The notes under the pieces are model-generated. The model was not told the origin of the DNA. It saw only the letters and a program-made list of their open reading frames with translations, and ran no database searches. A DNA stretch of 63,387 nt, the filler included, from Reticulomyxa filosa (Eukaryota; Protista; Foraminifera): assembly GCA_000512085.1 (NCBI GenBank). It is 16 parts of 16 records of this genome, joined end to end, with 100 filler letters (N's around TTAATTAATTAA, not from the genome) between each part and the next. Parts side by side here need not be neighbours in the genome. Positions count along the whole stretch, not along the records: positions 12,835 to 17,083 come from ASPP01001016.1; positions 17,184 to 21,773 come from ASPP01023426.1; positions 21,874 to 22,997 come from ASPP01010436.1; positions 23,098 to 24,758 come from ASPP01031248.1; 12 more parts are not named here. One strand, 5' to 3'. Shown one piece after another: positions 12,835 to 24,758 of this stretch (position 1 is the first letter of the stretch; the number at the start of each line of letters is the position of its first letter). Made by a program: the position numbers and the translations under genes.

Positions 12835-13774
12835 AATTGTTTGGTTGTTTCAATATCCCATATTCGAATTGTATCATCTGATCCAGAACAAATTGTATAT
12901 CCATTTCCACCAATCACACCAATATTATTCATTTTATTATTATCCTTATTATTATTGCTTTGTAATGGTGAAATATCAACACACCTAAAAGCTGTTTTAT
13001 GTCCATTGAAAACATGCAATAGTTTGGATGTCTTAACATCCCATAAACGAATTGTATTATCATATGATCCAGAACATAAATATCTACCACCATTAAATGA
13101 TGAAAATTCAATACTAATAACACCACCAGTGTGTCCATTGAATATTTGTAATTGCTTATTATGTTTGAAATCCCAAAAACGAATGGTTTCGTCTTGTGAT
13201 GAAGAACAAATGATATTTTGACGATGATTATGATAATGATATGGTGAAAATTTCACACAATATACTGAACTCGAATGTCCATTGAATGATTGAATTTGTT
13301 TGTTATTATCAACATCCCATACACAAACTGTGTTATCATGTGATCCAGAACAAATGAATTGCCAATAATCAAATATTGAATAATCAATACTCCACACAAT
13401 GTTTGTATGTCCAGTGAATGTATTGAGTAATTTAGATGATGAGCGAAACGTGTCAAACATGAAGACAGTAGATGCCTATGTTAAATAAATATTTGAATAT
13501 TTTGATTGAAATTTTTTAAAAAAATAAAGAACAAATGAACTGACATAATTGACGACAAGTTTGTCAAACTCATGAATCCATCCAAATTTAATTTGCAAAA
13601 TTCGAATCCAATGTTGTATGATTACTTGAATCTTTTCTTCTTCTGACTGTTTGGGCCACAAATTACATAATAAATAAAACAATAAAAAAGGCAATAAATT
13701 TTCTGAAAGCTTGTAATAAAACTTACCAACGCCAGTTGTATTGAAGTTTGCTTCTCATTGCTAAGAGTTGTCAT
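12835..13774 (-). CDS. Reticulomyxa-type WD40 protein, exons 13774-13727, 13646-13545, 13475-12835; 3' end cut by contig end
   Basis: GT-AG phase-0 introns give MTTLSNEKQTSIQLAL|SEEEKIQVIIQHWIRILQIKFGWIHEFDKLVVNY|ASTVFMFDTFR...; ICSGSxDxTIRxWD repeats. Confidence 0.9.
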
Positions 13775-13856
13775 TTTGTTTTTTTTCTTAAGATCGTTTT
13801 TGATGATGTAAAATGGAAGATATTGAACTGTTTTCCTCTCAACGAAAAGGTTTTAA

Positions 13857-15135
13857 GTTTTTTTCAACAAAGCCTTGAAAACAGTTGTTCAACTTTTTTT
13901 GTAGTTTTAAAGAATATTTGAAAACGAAAAGGGAATTTCGATGTTGAAAGAGGAAATGTAATTTGACATAACTTTTATAAACTCTAAATGTATTTGTTTC
14001 TTGTTTTTAAATTGGTTATTACTTTGCTAAGCTTGAATGGTAAAAATTTAAACATCCGCGTAAACATAACTTCCATAAATTGAATAAGTTTGTATACTTT
14101 TTTAAATTACTTTATCGTGAAAGGCATTTGATGCACAAAGCGTGGATTGATGTTTCTTTAGATGATAATACAACTCTTGGGATGCGACAGTTTGTAGAGA
14201 TCATTGTGAAGAGGATTTTTGCAACATTAACGTGATTAAAATATAAAACCCTTTGTTTTAATTTTAATCAAATTTTTTTTTGGAGTGGATTTTGTTAGAA
14301 AGGGATAAAATTGGAGTGAATTCGTTAAGACTTGGAAAAAGGAATGATTAATCAATACGTAATAAAAACAGCTTGGCTGCATCAAGTAATAATCTATTGA
14401 CTGTTTTTTGAACTGAGTACTTGCCAGATACAGTTTCAATACTAAGTATTGCTTCAATCACTTTGATGTCTGTTATTTATTAGGTATTGGATTTAATATA
14501 TTTCAAAGTTATTAAACGTGTCAATGATAAAATATTATTAAATTATTTTAACTGGACATTCTGATTATATATTTGGAATAAACTTTCAAAAATTATTTCA
14601 TATTCAAAAGACAAAACTATTCAAATATGGGATGCTTCTTCAGGAATAAATTCAAGTATTAGAAGAACTGTCAGATAAATGAAAAATAAACATATGACAT
14701 AATTTCATTTTTACAAATCAAAAAAAACTATGTTTGATTCAAAAGATAAAAATCCTTCATTGTCTGCAAGTGGATAGCTCTAATTTTATCCTTTTTCTAA
14801 CAAAAATCCACTCCAGAAAAAATAACTATATTAAATTAAAACAATAGTTGTATATTTTAATCATGTTAATGTTGCAAAAATCCTCTTCACAATGATCTCC
14901 ACTCAAATTATTGCATTCCAAGAGTTGTGTTATCTCTAAAGAAACATTCAAGTTTTTACTCTTCAAGCTTTGCGAAGCAATAATCAATTTAAAAACAAGA
15001 AACAAACAAACTTAAAGTTTATAAAAATTATACTTTTTATTTCAACATCAAAATACCTTTTTTGTTTTTAAACATTCTTTAAAACTACCAAAAAAGTTGA
15101 ACAATTTTTAAAAAAATATTTTGAAAAAAAACTTG
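13857..15135. repeat. Long imperfect inverted repeat; arms ~13857-14320 and ~14780-15135
   Basis: GAGATCATTGTGAAGAGGATTTTTGCAACATTAAC at ~14197 is the reverse complement of ~14865-14899; similarity runs along both arms, with ~100 bp (14050-14150) missing from the right arm. Confidence 0.85.
14480..14680 (+). pseudogene. Degraded WD40 repeat fragment in the spacer of the inverted repeat
   Basis: Reads ILTGHSDYIFGINF / KIISYSKDKTIQIWDASSG across frameshifts. Confidence 0.65.
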
Positions 15136-15224
15136 TGATATACAATGCATACTCAATTTTGGACAAGTTCTTTTTAAAAAATTTTTTATTTATTGAAAAA
15201 GAAATCATATGTATTGTTAAAATC

Positions 15225-15330
15225 CATTTTTCATATTAGAATATATAAATATCTACCACTATTAAATGGTGAAAATTTAATGCCAATAACACCATAAGTG
15301 TATCCATTGAATATTTGTAATTGTTAATCT
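15225..15330 (-). pseudogene. Degraded fragment of a Reticulomyxa-type WD40 gene
   Basis: DNA similar to 13070-13155 (AAATATCTACCAC...TCCATTGAATATTTGTAATTG) with no intact frame. Confidence 0.6.
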
Positions 15331-16363
15331 ATCCCACTTTTATCAACAAACATTATTATCATTTGTACAATTTAAGTTTTGATTAATTCACATATGATTT
15401 TTGGGCAGTGTTACATTATTTATTGTTCCAAATGTAGTACTTTCCTTGAGCTACAAAAGTACTGATAATTGAACGAGATTAACAAAAAAAAAACCAATAG
15501 TAATGTTGTTCAAAAATTAACTCCGTCAAACAAAACAAAAGGCTGACCTTTTTTAAGACAAGTTTTCCCCCTTTGTTGTAGCCAAGCGTGCAATTGTTAG
15601 AATTGGAATAAAATCTCCTTCTTTTAAATCAGGAAGTATTGGGCCAAAGTGATGAGAACCATACATATACCTAGAAAAGAGTGAGTACAATTCTTATTTT
15701 TAAAATTGTAAAAAACAATGAGTGATGAAAAATTCACCAGGATACCTAGATATCTACAATACTAAGATTATTATAAATACTTAACAAATTGAAAATTTAT
15801 TTGATTTATGGATCTACAAAAGAGCAAGCTTTTTAGTAATCATAACCAATTTGTTATGAATTAAATAATTCATAATCTCAGAGTTCAGGCCGAGAAGAAC
15901 TGTTATGCATGTCTGCAAGATAAATAATGAAGTCAATTATAAATCATAAAAAATATTAAAAATGAATCCTGAGCATTAAGTTTTATTATAAAAATAATAG
16001 TTGAATTTGACATATTAATCTGTCAAAAACGCAAGACAAAATTGTATTAGATGTTTTTTTTCATGAAGAAAATCGATTCTCTTGATAGAGACATGTCAAT
16101 TTTTCTGCAATCTACTGTACATTCAGATTTGATACTCAATGTGCAAGCTGTCTTATTCGACAAGAACAAATTAAGATCCATATGTCTCACTTCAAACAAT
16201 GTCAAAATTATTTTAAATTGGACCAGTTGTGATGTAAACATATATAAGATTTCATTGAAAGTGAAGAGACGTACGTTTGCAAAAAAGTGTTTGAAAATTG
16301 AAAAAGAGCAAACAAAAAACAAGCTGTTAAACCATAATATAAATTATGTAAGTGAACAATATT

Positions 16364-17083
16364 TCAAAAATCATCAAATTCAGAAAGACTGTCATTTGCG
16401 TCAGTGTTTTTGTTGGAAATATCGAGGTCATTTTTGTGGTTATGTTTGTTGTTTGTATTTGCAACATTAATAGTGATGTTGTTTTCTTTGTTGTGATTGA
16501 AAGTATTATCAGTGGATTGTTTTTCCTTAGTAGACAATAAGGCGTTATCTACTTTTGGTTTTGGCTGTTTGAAAGCTTTGGAGTTGGTTTCACTTTTTAT
16601 TTTGTCAACGAGTTTGTCAATGATCTCATCAGAATAGCCTAATCTCCTCCAATCTTTTCTGTCCATTTCTTCCAACTGTTTCATTGTTGTCAAATAGTTA
16701 TCTGTTAATAATTTCAAATACTTTTTCGCAGCAAAGGATGGATAGCCCAGCTCGTCTAGCACCCCTTTCACAAATTCTTGTGCGGTTTTGTGTTCCTCGG
16801 TTTGGCTAGCCAATAATAACAGCAATTATTATTATTATTATTATTATTGTGTTCAATCTTTTTTTGTTAAAAAAAAAAAAAAAAAAGTTTTGTCGTTTAA
16901 CGTGGTCGAAGGTTTATTAATTCCATTTGTGGCTAATTCTACATCATCTTCCTCATCGTCCTCATCATCATTGAGACGAGCATGTTTACTCCGCACGTCT
17001 GCGCTTTTGCGATTGGCGGATGCATTGAATGAGCCTCCCAAATTTTTGCAAAGCGAGGAGCACGTAGCTTCATTGTCCTCGTC
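16364..17083 (-). CDS. Partial protein with SAM-like helical domain and Asn-rich tail; 5' end cut by contig end
   Basis: FVKGVLDELGY..KYLKLLTDNYLTTMKQLEEMDRKDWRRLGY fits a SAM pattern; acidic upstream exon at 16900-17083. Confidence 0.55.
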
Positions 17084-18093
17084 NNNNNNNNNNNNNNNNN
17101 NNNNNNNNNNNNNNNNNNNNNNNNNNNTTAATTAATTAANNNNNNNNNNNNNNNNNNNNNNNNNNNNNNNNNNNNNNNNNNNNTAATTCATTTCGCTTGT
17201 TTATTATCAAATGTTTTTTTTTCAGCTCTTGTAAGAAATTTTCTCTATTTTTCGACTCGTTTTTGTTTCTGTGTTTTTTTTGCTGTTGTTGATTCTTATA
17301 TCTCATTGTAGAGTTGCATTCGCTCATTTTTTTTTTTTACTGTCTTTTTTGTGCTTATCAAACACTGAATTTGCCATAAGTTTTGCTGCCCTGCCAAAAA
17401 AAATATCGCAAACAAACACCATTCTCAACTTTGCTTACACTAAACATCTTTTTTTTTAGTCCTACTTCTTACGTCACAAAAACAGGAGGATACGTACAAC
17501 TTGTATAACGGTGTTTACAATTATTAAACATCACTTTTAGTGAGTACCCAATTGCACAATCTTTATTTACTTCTTACTCTTAGTCCGCTCTGAAATTAAT
17601 ATTTTTGATTTTTTTTTAGGATTGAATTATGTACGGTGGCACAAAAATTAATTTTCAAAATTTGGTTACTTGAAGAGCCCATCAAAAATTCTAATCTTTT
17701 TTTTTAAATTTGTATTAGATGTTCATTTTGACACATGTCAAAAAAATTTATTCTCTCCTGAACCATCACATACAAAAGTAAGATGAAATAATACATTGTA
17801 TGGATAATTTTTATTTCTTCGTGTTAATTTACTCTTTTTTAATTTTCAGTTTTCTTATTTAAAATCTATATATAATGTCTCTCTTCAATGATTTGAGAAT
17901 TTAACAGTATTATCGATTGTTTTTTTTTTTGAACAATAGAATTTCTTTTTTCATCAAAAGCAAGCATTCATAAAAGGATAATAAAAAGAACAATTCAAAT
18001 TTTAAAATGAACGAATTGGAAATAAAATAAAAACGATTTTTATCCATGTCTTTCAATAAGCAGATTTCAGTAATAAAAAAAAGTAATCTATAT

Positions 18094-19479
18094 TCAGCCC
18101 CAAACACGTATTGGACCGTTGCATGATCCATAACATAAGTTAACACCACAAGTATTATTTGATTTTTGTTCATTATTCTTTCCTTTCTTTTTTAATTGCA
18201 AAAAAATAAGACATAATATTCCACTATCTTCTTTATCATCTCCTTTGATGATATACAACTCATTTTTATTTGATCGAATATCCCAAAAACGAATGGTATT
18301 ATCCCATGACCCAGAACAAATCACATTTGAACTGCTACCGATTTCGATATTATTTACTACAAATGGTGAATATTCGACTGCATTCACACCATTTTTATGT
18401 CCATTGAACACTTGAATTTGTTGACCAGATCGAATATCCCACAAACGAACACTTTTATCATTTGATGTCGATAATATTGTATTTCCTAGTTCATTTGAAC
18501 CATATTTTACACGTCTAACAATATCTTCATGTCCTCTAAACACAATGAGTTGTTTAGTTGTTTCAATATCCCATATTCGAACGGTTTTGTCCCATGATCC
18601 AGAACAAATGGTATATCCATTACCACCAATTACACCAATACCATTACATTTATTATTATCACCATTGCCATTGCTTTGTAATGGTGAAATATCCACACAC
18701 CAAACACATTCATCATGTCCATTGAAAACATGCAATGCCTCTGATGTTTCAACATCACATAAATGAATAGTTCTGTCTCTGGATCCGGAACATAAATATC
18801 GACCACCATTAAAGGCTGAGAACTCGATACCGGTAGCCCAGTTAATGTGTGTATAGAATATTTGTAATTGATGCTTACATTTGACATCCCAAAAACGAAT
18901 GGTTGTATCAATTGATGAAGAACAAATGACATTGCTATTATTCTTATAATAATGATATGGTGAAAATTTTACACAATTTATTTCACTTGAATGTCCATTG
19001 AATAATCCAATTTGTTTGCTAGTCTCTACATCCCATACACGGATTGTATTATCATCTGATCCAGAGCAAAGGAATTTACCATCTTCGAATGTTGAATAAT
19101 CAATGCTAAACACAGATGTAGCGTGCCCACTAAATGTTTTTAGTAATTTAGATGATGAGCGAAAAATGTCAAGCATAAAGATTGACGTCGCCTGTGTTAA
19201 CAATAATTACGAATAATAATCGCAAATAAATATTTGAATATTTTGATTATTATAAACAAAAAAACATAACGTAATTAGCAACAAGTTTGTCAAAATCACT
19301 GATCCATCCTAATTTAACGTTCAGTATTCGAATCCAGTGTCCAATAATTATTTGGATACCTTCTTCTGACTAATTATTGGAAGTAACACACAAAGATAAG
19401 TAAGTTTCTGAATGATTGAAATGAAACATACCAATAACAGTTGCATTGAAATTTCTTTTTCATCAGTAAAAATGTTCAT
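18094..19479 (-). CDS. Reticulomyxa-type WD40 protein, exons 19479-19432, 19369-19271, 19191-18094
   Basis: GT-AG phase-0 introns; exon 2 SEEGIQIIIGHWIRILNVKLGWISDFDKLVANY; complete WD40 exon ending IRVWG*. Confidence 0.92.
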
Positions 19480-20024
19480 GGTTAAACTTTTTTCATCTAA
19501 AAAAAAATGAAAACATTTTGAGGACAGTACACTCAGAGTATTTACTCATTAATCCTTATGAATAAAAATACTTTAAATAATATTTTAGAAAAAGGCAAAA
19601 CTAAAATATATGTCATAATAAATTACTTGAAACTCTGTTAGCTAATAAGTTTCGTGCAAACAAATTTTTAAAAAAAGAGATTAGATATACTTACACACAA
19701 AACATTCATAAAAGAGCTGACTTAAAACTTGACAGTAGGATTCATATTCTCAAATTTTTCGAGAGATCTATTATCAATCGCAACGTCGTATCATATGTCA
19801 TATTTGTCTTACGGTTTTTTTTGATTTAATTTTTGTTTTTTTCTTATCAAAAAACAAAAAAAATGTAATTCAAAAGTGTAAGCAAAACTTAACACAAAAA
19901 TAAGCAATTACTTCAAAAAACGACGTGACAGGTTTGTATTAAATTTTTTTGGAAAAAAGTTCAAACATTTTTCGTCTTATATCATCTAAGAAAATCTCAA
20001 GAGAAACACAAAAGAAGTTAAAAA

Positions 20025-21397
20025 ATGGCTACGCTTGTCAAAGAAAAGGAAGCCTCAGCATTAGTAAGCACATTTCGTTTTTTCAAAAAACTGACGTTTA
20101 CTGTACGTAATTTGTGATTGAATCAGTTTGAAGAAGAAATTCAAACCGTTATTCAGTACTGGATTCGAATATTGAATATTAAATTAGGATGGATCGATGC
20201 CTTTGATACATTTGTTGTCAATTATGTATGTCTTTTTTTTTTTTTTTTCTCTTTTCTCCCATTTAATGACAAATATTTATGATTGATTATTGCAATTTAA
20301 TACAGGCAATTACAATCTTTATGTTTAACACATTCCGTTCATCACTCGAATTACGCAAAGTGTTATATGGACACACCAATGTTGCATGGAGTATTGACTA
20401 CTCAACATTCGATGGTAATCAATTAATTTGTTCTGGATCAGAAGATTGTACAGTTCGTGTATGGGATGTAGAGAATGTCAAACAGATCAACTCATTTGAA
20501 GGACATACAAAACCTGTATATTGTGTTAAATTTTCGCCATATCATTACTACAATAAGCGCCGTAATGTTGTTTGTTCTTCATCAGATGACAATACCATTC
20601 GTTTTTGGGATATCAAAAATACTCAACTGCAAACACTCAATAAACACACAAGTTATATTTGTGGTCTTGAATTTTCATCATTTAATGGTGGCCAATATTT
20701 GTGTTCAGGATCAAATGATAAAACTGTTCGTTTGTGGGATGTTGAGACATTTGAATTGTTGCATGTGTTCAATGGACATGAAAATGGAATTTGGTGTGTT
20801 GATGTTTCACCATTGCAAAGCAATAGCAATGATGATAATAGAAAAAGTAACAGTATTGGCGTAATTGGTGGTAATGGATATACCATTTGTTCTGGATCAT
20901 TTGATAATACTATTCGTACATGGGATATTGAAACGACTAAACAATTGATTGCATTTGAAGGGCATGAAGATGGCATTAGAAGTGTAAAATACGGGTCAAA
21001 TGAGTTAGGGATTTATGGTGGTGCAAATACAATATTATCAGGATCAGATGATAAAAGTGTTCGTTTGTGGGACATTCGATCTGGTCAACAAATTCAAATG
21101 TTCAATGGACACACAGACGATGTACGCACTGTTGAATATTCACCATTTGCGATAAACAATAGTGAAATTGGTGGTAATTCGGCTGTTATTTGTTCTGGGT
21201 CATGGGATAATTCAATTCGTTTTTGGGATATTCGATCAAATAAAAAAGAATTGACTGTGATCAACGAATATTATGGAATATACTGTCTTAAATTTTTGCG
21301 ACTGAATATACAAGAAAATAACAATAAAAAAAGAATTGCTTGTGGTGTTAGTTTATGTTATTGCTTAGACGATTATTCCATTCGTGTTTGTGGATAA
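20025..21397 (+). CDS. Reticulomyxa-type WD40 protein, exons 20025-20063, 20127-20225, 20306-21397
   Basis: GT-AG phase-0 introns; exon 2 FEEEIQTVIQYWIRILNIKLGWIDAFDTFVVNY; paralogue of the divergent gene at 18094-19479. Confidence 0.92.
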
Positions 21398-21873
21398 ACA
21401 CATATTATCACAATTTTGTGAAGTGAAAAGCCTGGAAAAAAAAAAAGTGTATTTCTCTAATTTATTTGTTTCGTAGATTGTGAATGTGTTTTAGTTTCTT
21501 GGTATTGATAATGTTGGAAATGAAACTTTACACAATTCCTTAGAATTTAAATATCAAGAAAAATACTTCATTTTAAAGAAATAAATACAATTTCTGACCA
21601 AAAATGTACAAATTGTTCTAAAAAATCTCATACATGTACAAAACAGCAAAGAGAGATTTGGGTCAGTAATGAAAATACTTTCATTCAACAAGTTTTAACT
21701 GTATGACAATATAGTTGGCTGTGTTTTGAAGGAATAATGAAATGTGCGCTGCTTCCAATGCTTGACTAAGCGCNNNNNNNNNNNNNNNNNNNNNNNNNNN
21801 NNNNNNNNNNNNNNNNNTTAATTAATTAANNNNNNNNNNNNNNNNNNNNNNNNNNNNNNNNNNNNNNNNNNNN

Positions 21874-22997
21874 TCAGACGACGGTCGTTGTGCCGGGCGT
21901 TTTCCAGTTGCTGCATCAGCACTTGCCACTCGCCTTCGGTAGCCAGTACCTCTTGCAAACCCAGGCCTTGCAAGCCATCCTGCCCGGCACCAAACAGCAG
22001 CTCGGCACTGCGGTTGGCGCGCACGATGGCATAGTCGCGATTAAGCCGCAGCAGGCCAACCGGCGACGCACTGTAGATGGCTTCTTCTTGCTGCAGCACC
22101 TCGCGCAGGTGGCGTTCCGAATTGCGGCGCCGGTCTTCCTCGGCATAGAAGCCGACAATGCTGCCGCAGGTACCCAGCAGCGGCTGCAGTGCCACGTACT
22201 GCGCGTCGTCCAGCTGGCAGTCCTGCAGGCCGGCCACCATGACGGTGCGGGCGTCGATTTCCACCGGAATGTAAACCCAGTCGCCATCGCGCACCACGCT
22301 GTGCTGGCTGCCCAGCTGCAAGGTCTGGGCGTTGGGTTTGCGGCGGAAGTCTTCTACCCATTGCGGCACCACCGTGACGCCGCGGCTGGCCTGTACATGA
22401 AAGGACGAGGTCTTGTCGCGGCCGGTTTCCAGCGCCAGGATCAGGCCGCTCTCCAGCCGGAAGTACTCCAGCAGGATGCGCAGGATTTCGGCATACACGC
22501 TGTGGCGCGGGCTGCGTGCGAACAGCAGCCCTTCTACGCGGTGAATGCCGGACAGCAGTTGCAGGCTGCGCGCCAGCGACGCCTCGGCCACCCGCCGCTC
22601 CTGCTCGTTGCGCACGATCAGCAAGTAGTCGTCGCGGTCGCCTTCCTTGTCACCCAGCGCGCTGATCGACACCCCGGCGTAAAAGATGTTGCCATCTGCA
22701 TGCATGCCACGCCCCGGCAACGGGCGATCCAGCGAGGCACCGTTTTCCATCCAGTCGCTGTCTTGCGAATCGATGATCAGCAGCTCGCCGATCGGCAACT
22801 GGCCAAGATCTTCTTTGCTGCGGCCGAACATGCGCTCGGCGCCATGGTTGGCCACCACCACCTTGCGCTCGGCGTCCACGGTGAGGATGGCGTCGCCGGC
22901 GGCGTCCAGCAGCCGCTGCAGCCGGCGCAACGGGTACAGGATGTGGCTGCGCATGCGCAGCAGCAGGTAGACGTACAGGCATACCGACAACAGCGCG
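21874..22997 (-). CDS. Bacterial membrane-anchored PAS-(GAF-like)-PAS sensor protein, cut at both ends (histidine kinase or diguanylate cyclase class)
   Basis: GC-rich and intronless; TM end, then LLDAAGDAILTVD..ANHGAERMFG (PAS) and IYSASPVGLLRL..RANRSAELLFG (PAS); output domain not in contig. Confidence 0.85.
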
Positions 22998-23098
22998 NNN
23001 NNNNNNNNNNNNNNNNNNNNNNNNNNNNNNNNNNNNNNNNNTTAATTAATTAANNNNNNNNNNNNNNNNNNNNNNNNNNNNNNNNNNNNNNNNNNNNG

Positions 23099-23257
23099 CG
23101 CAACGCGCTGGCCCTGTTCTACCTGGGCGTCGCCGCCGAAGCCGCGGGCAACAAGCCGGCGGCGCTGCAGCGCTGGAAGACGCTGCTGGCGTTGTTGCCG
23201 GCCGATGCGCCGATCCGGGGGATGCTGGAGGAGAGGATCAAGGCGGCGGGGGGTTAA
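23099..23257 (+). CDS. ccmI: C-terminal TPR fragment of a cytochrome c maturation CcmI/CycH-like protein (bacterial)
   Basis: Translates RNALALFYLGVAAEAAGNKPAALQRWKTLLALLPADAPIRGMLEERIKAAGG*, typical of CcmI/CycH C-termini; not in the ORF track. Confidence 0.65.
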   Translation, partial: RNALALFYLGVAAEAAGNKPAALQRWKTLLALLPADAPIRGMLEERIKAAGG

Positions 23258-23305
23258 GTCACGGACAGAGAGAGCTTTGCGGCTAGAGAATTCCCTAAAA
23301 TGTTT

Positions 23306-23345
23306 TTAGTCATTCATTGACTAATTAATTATGCCCCTCTACATT
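23306..23345 (+). promoter_or_regulatory. Sigma70-type promoter (-35 TTGACT 23317-23322, 17-bp spacer, -10 TACATT 23340-23345) overlapped by palindrome TTAGTCA-N5-TGACTAA (23306-23324)
   Basis: Read directly; AT-rich patch in a GC-rich contig, just upstream of a GGAGGT ribosome-binding site (23362-23367). Confidence 0.7.
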
Positions 23346-23371
23346 GCCATTGTCGGCAAATGGAGGTGGCA

Positions 23372-23617
23372 TTGAAGCATAGCAAGCATATCGCCGGGAG
23401 AATGAGCCAGCGGGGCATCAGTAAGGCCATGATCGATTTGGCCTTGGCGCACGGCCGCTGCGAGTTGGATAGGTATATTCTTGATAGGCGAGAGGTAGAT
23501 CGCCGGCTCGATGAGATCCGTCAGGAGCGCAGTCTTCTTCTGAAGGTGCGCGATAAAGGTGGCGTTATCGTTGTCGCAAACGACAACACCCTCATCACCA
23601 CCTACAACTGCAGCTAA
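23372..23617 (+). CDS. DUF4258-like small protein (RelE/BrnT-like putative RNase toxin), 81 aa from a TTG start
   Basis: SKHIAGRMSQRGI N-terminus and GVIVVANDNTLITTY C-terminus fit the H..RM..RGI ... vITv pattern; SD GGAGGT 4 nt before TTG 23372. Confidence 0.7.
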   Translation: MKHSKHIAGRMSQRGISKAMIDLALAHGRCELDRYILDRREVDRRLDEIRQERSLLLKVRDKGGVIVVANDNTLITTYNCS

Positions 23618-23634
23618 GGATCGACCCCACGCTA

Positions 23635-24758
23635 ATGGATAACCAAGCAGTCTCGGTCCTGATGGATACTGTGCGGCGCATGCCACACCTGCCCATCTTT
23701 GCAGCCACACCACTGGCTCTTATGTTGCTCTGGTCGCAAGTATCGGCCGCCAAACTGAACGGGCTCCCCTCTTTCGAGGACGCCTCCGCCGATTTCACGT
23801 CGAAGCAGCCGACCAAGATTGCAAACATCCTATGTCCCGCAATTTCGGCCGAGGTGACAGCGGCTCTGCAGCGGCTTCAGCCTAGCGAGATCGAGCATCT
23901 GCGCCGTGCTGTTGTTGTTGCCCTCGACAACCAAAGCAAAGAGGAGTTCGCGGAGGCCATTCTCCAAGTGTGTGTACCCGATGCCTGGATTCAGGCGAGT
24001 ACATCAAACCTCCTTCAGCGTGCGCTCGACGCTACAGAGAATTCGAGCGTCTACTGCTCGTTCTCCTATGCGGTCCGTCCCGCTTGGAGTCTGTCAACGT
24101 GCTGTGATGTCGACCTGGACGTCGAGTCTCCCGAATTGATGCGCATCTTGACACTCCTTGCATCGGCGTGTCGCCGGCGCCTCACAGTTCGAGCAAACAC
24201 ATTGACTTCCGTCACCAGCGAGGTCCGCACACTCAAGCCAGCCCACGCCCTCATCTTCCCACCCATCGGAATGCGATTGAGCCCGGCATACTCCTCGCCG
24301 TTGGCTCTCGAGGTTGGAGGTCCTGGACCCATTAGTTCCGAAGCTCTCGGCGCCATCTGGGGAGCTCAACTCGGCCGTGGACGCGCCATTGTCGTCGTTG
24401 GCAACGGCTTTCTGTTTCGGACGTCGAGCAAGGACGCTGCAATCAAGCAACGACTAGTCAACAATTACGGCTTGGAAGCGGTCGTCGCCTTGCCCCGCGG
24501 TACATTTCCGAGCAGCGCTATCGCCGCGTCAGCGCTTGTCTTCGGCGGAGAGACATACTCGCAATTTCGAAAAGACCATCTACGCTTCATCGACGCGACC
24601 GATGCAGACACAGTCGAGGTTGCACAGCTTATCGATGCCGCAGCGCCGCGTGGTCGCTATAGAGACGCCTCCATTGGAGAAGTTGAAGCTGGCGACTTCA
24701 ACCTGTTGGTTGATCGTTACATCTTAGATCCCGATACCATAAAGAACCGAGATTTCAT
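23635..24758 (+). CDS. Type I R-M HsdM-like N6-methyltransferase homologue with degenerate catalytic motifs; 3' end cut
   Basis: GRAIVVVGNGFLFR, LEAVVALPRGTF, LRFIDA, DFNLLVDRYI are HsdM C-terminal hallmarks; NPPF/Y is replaced by FPPIG and no DPAxGxG is present. Confidence 0.8.

Noticed and set aside
21874-24758. Bacterial genomic island or HGT into the eukaryote, or one operon spanning both GC-rich contigs
   Set aside because: Each piece is bounded by linkers; there is no sequence junction with host DNA or with each other.
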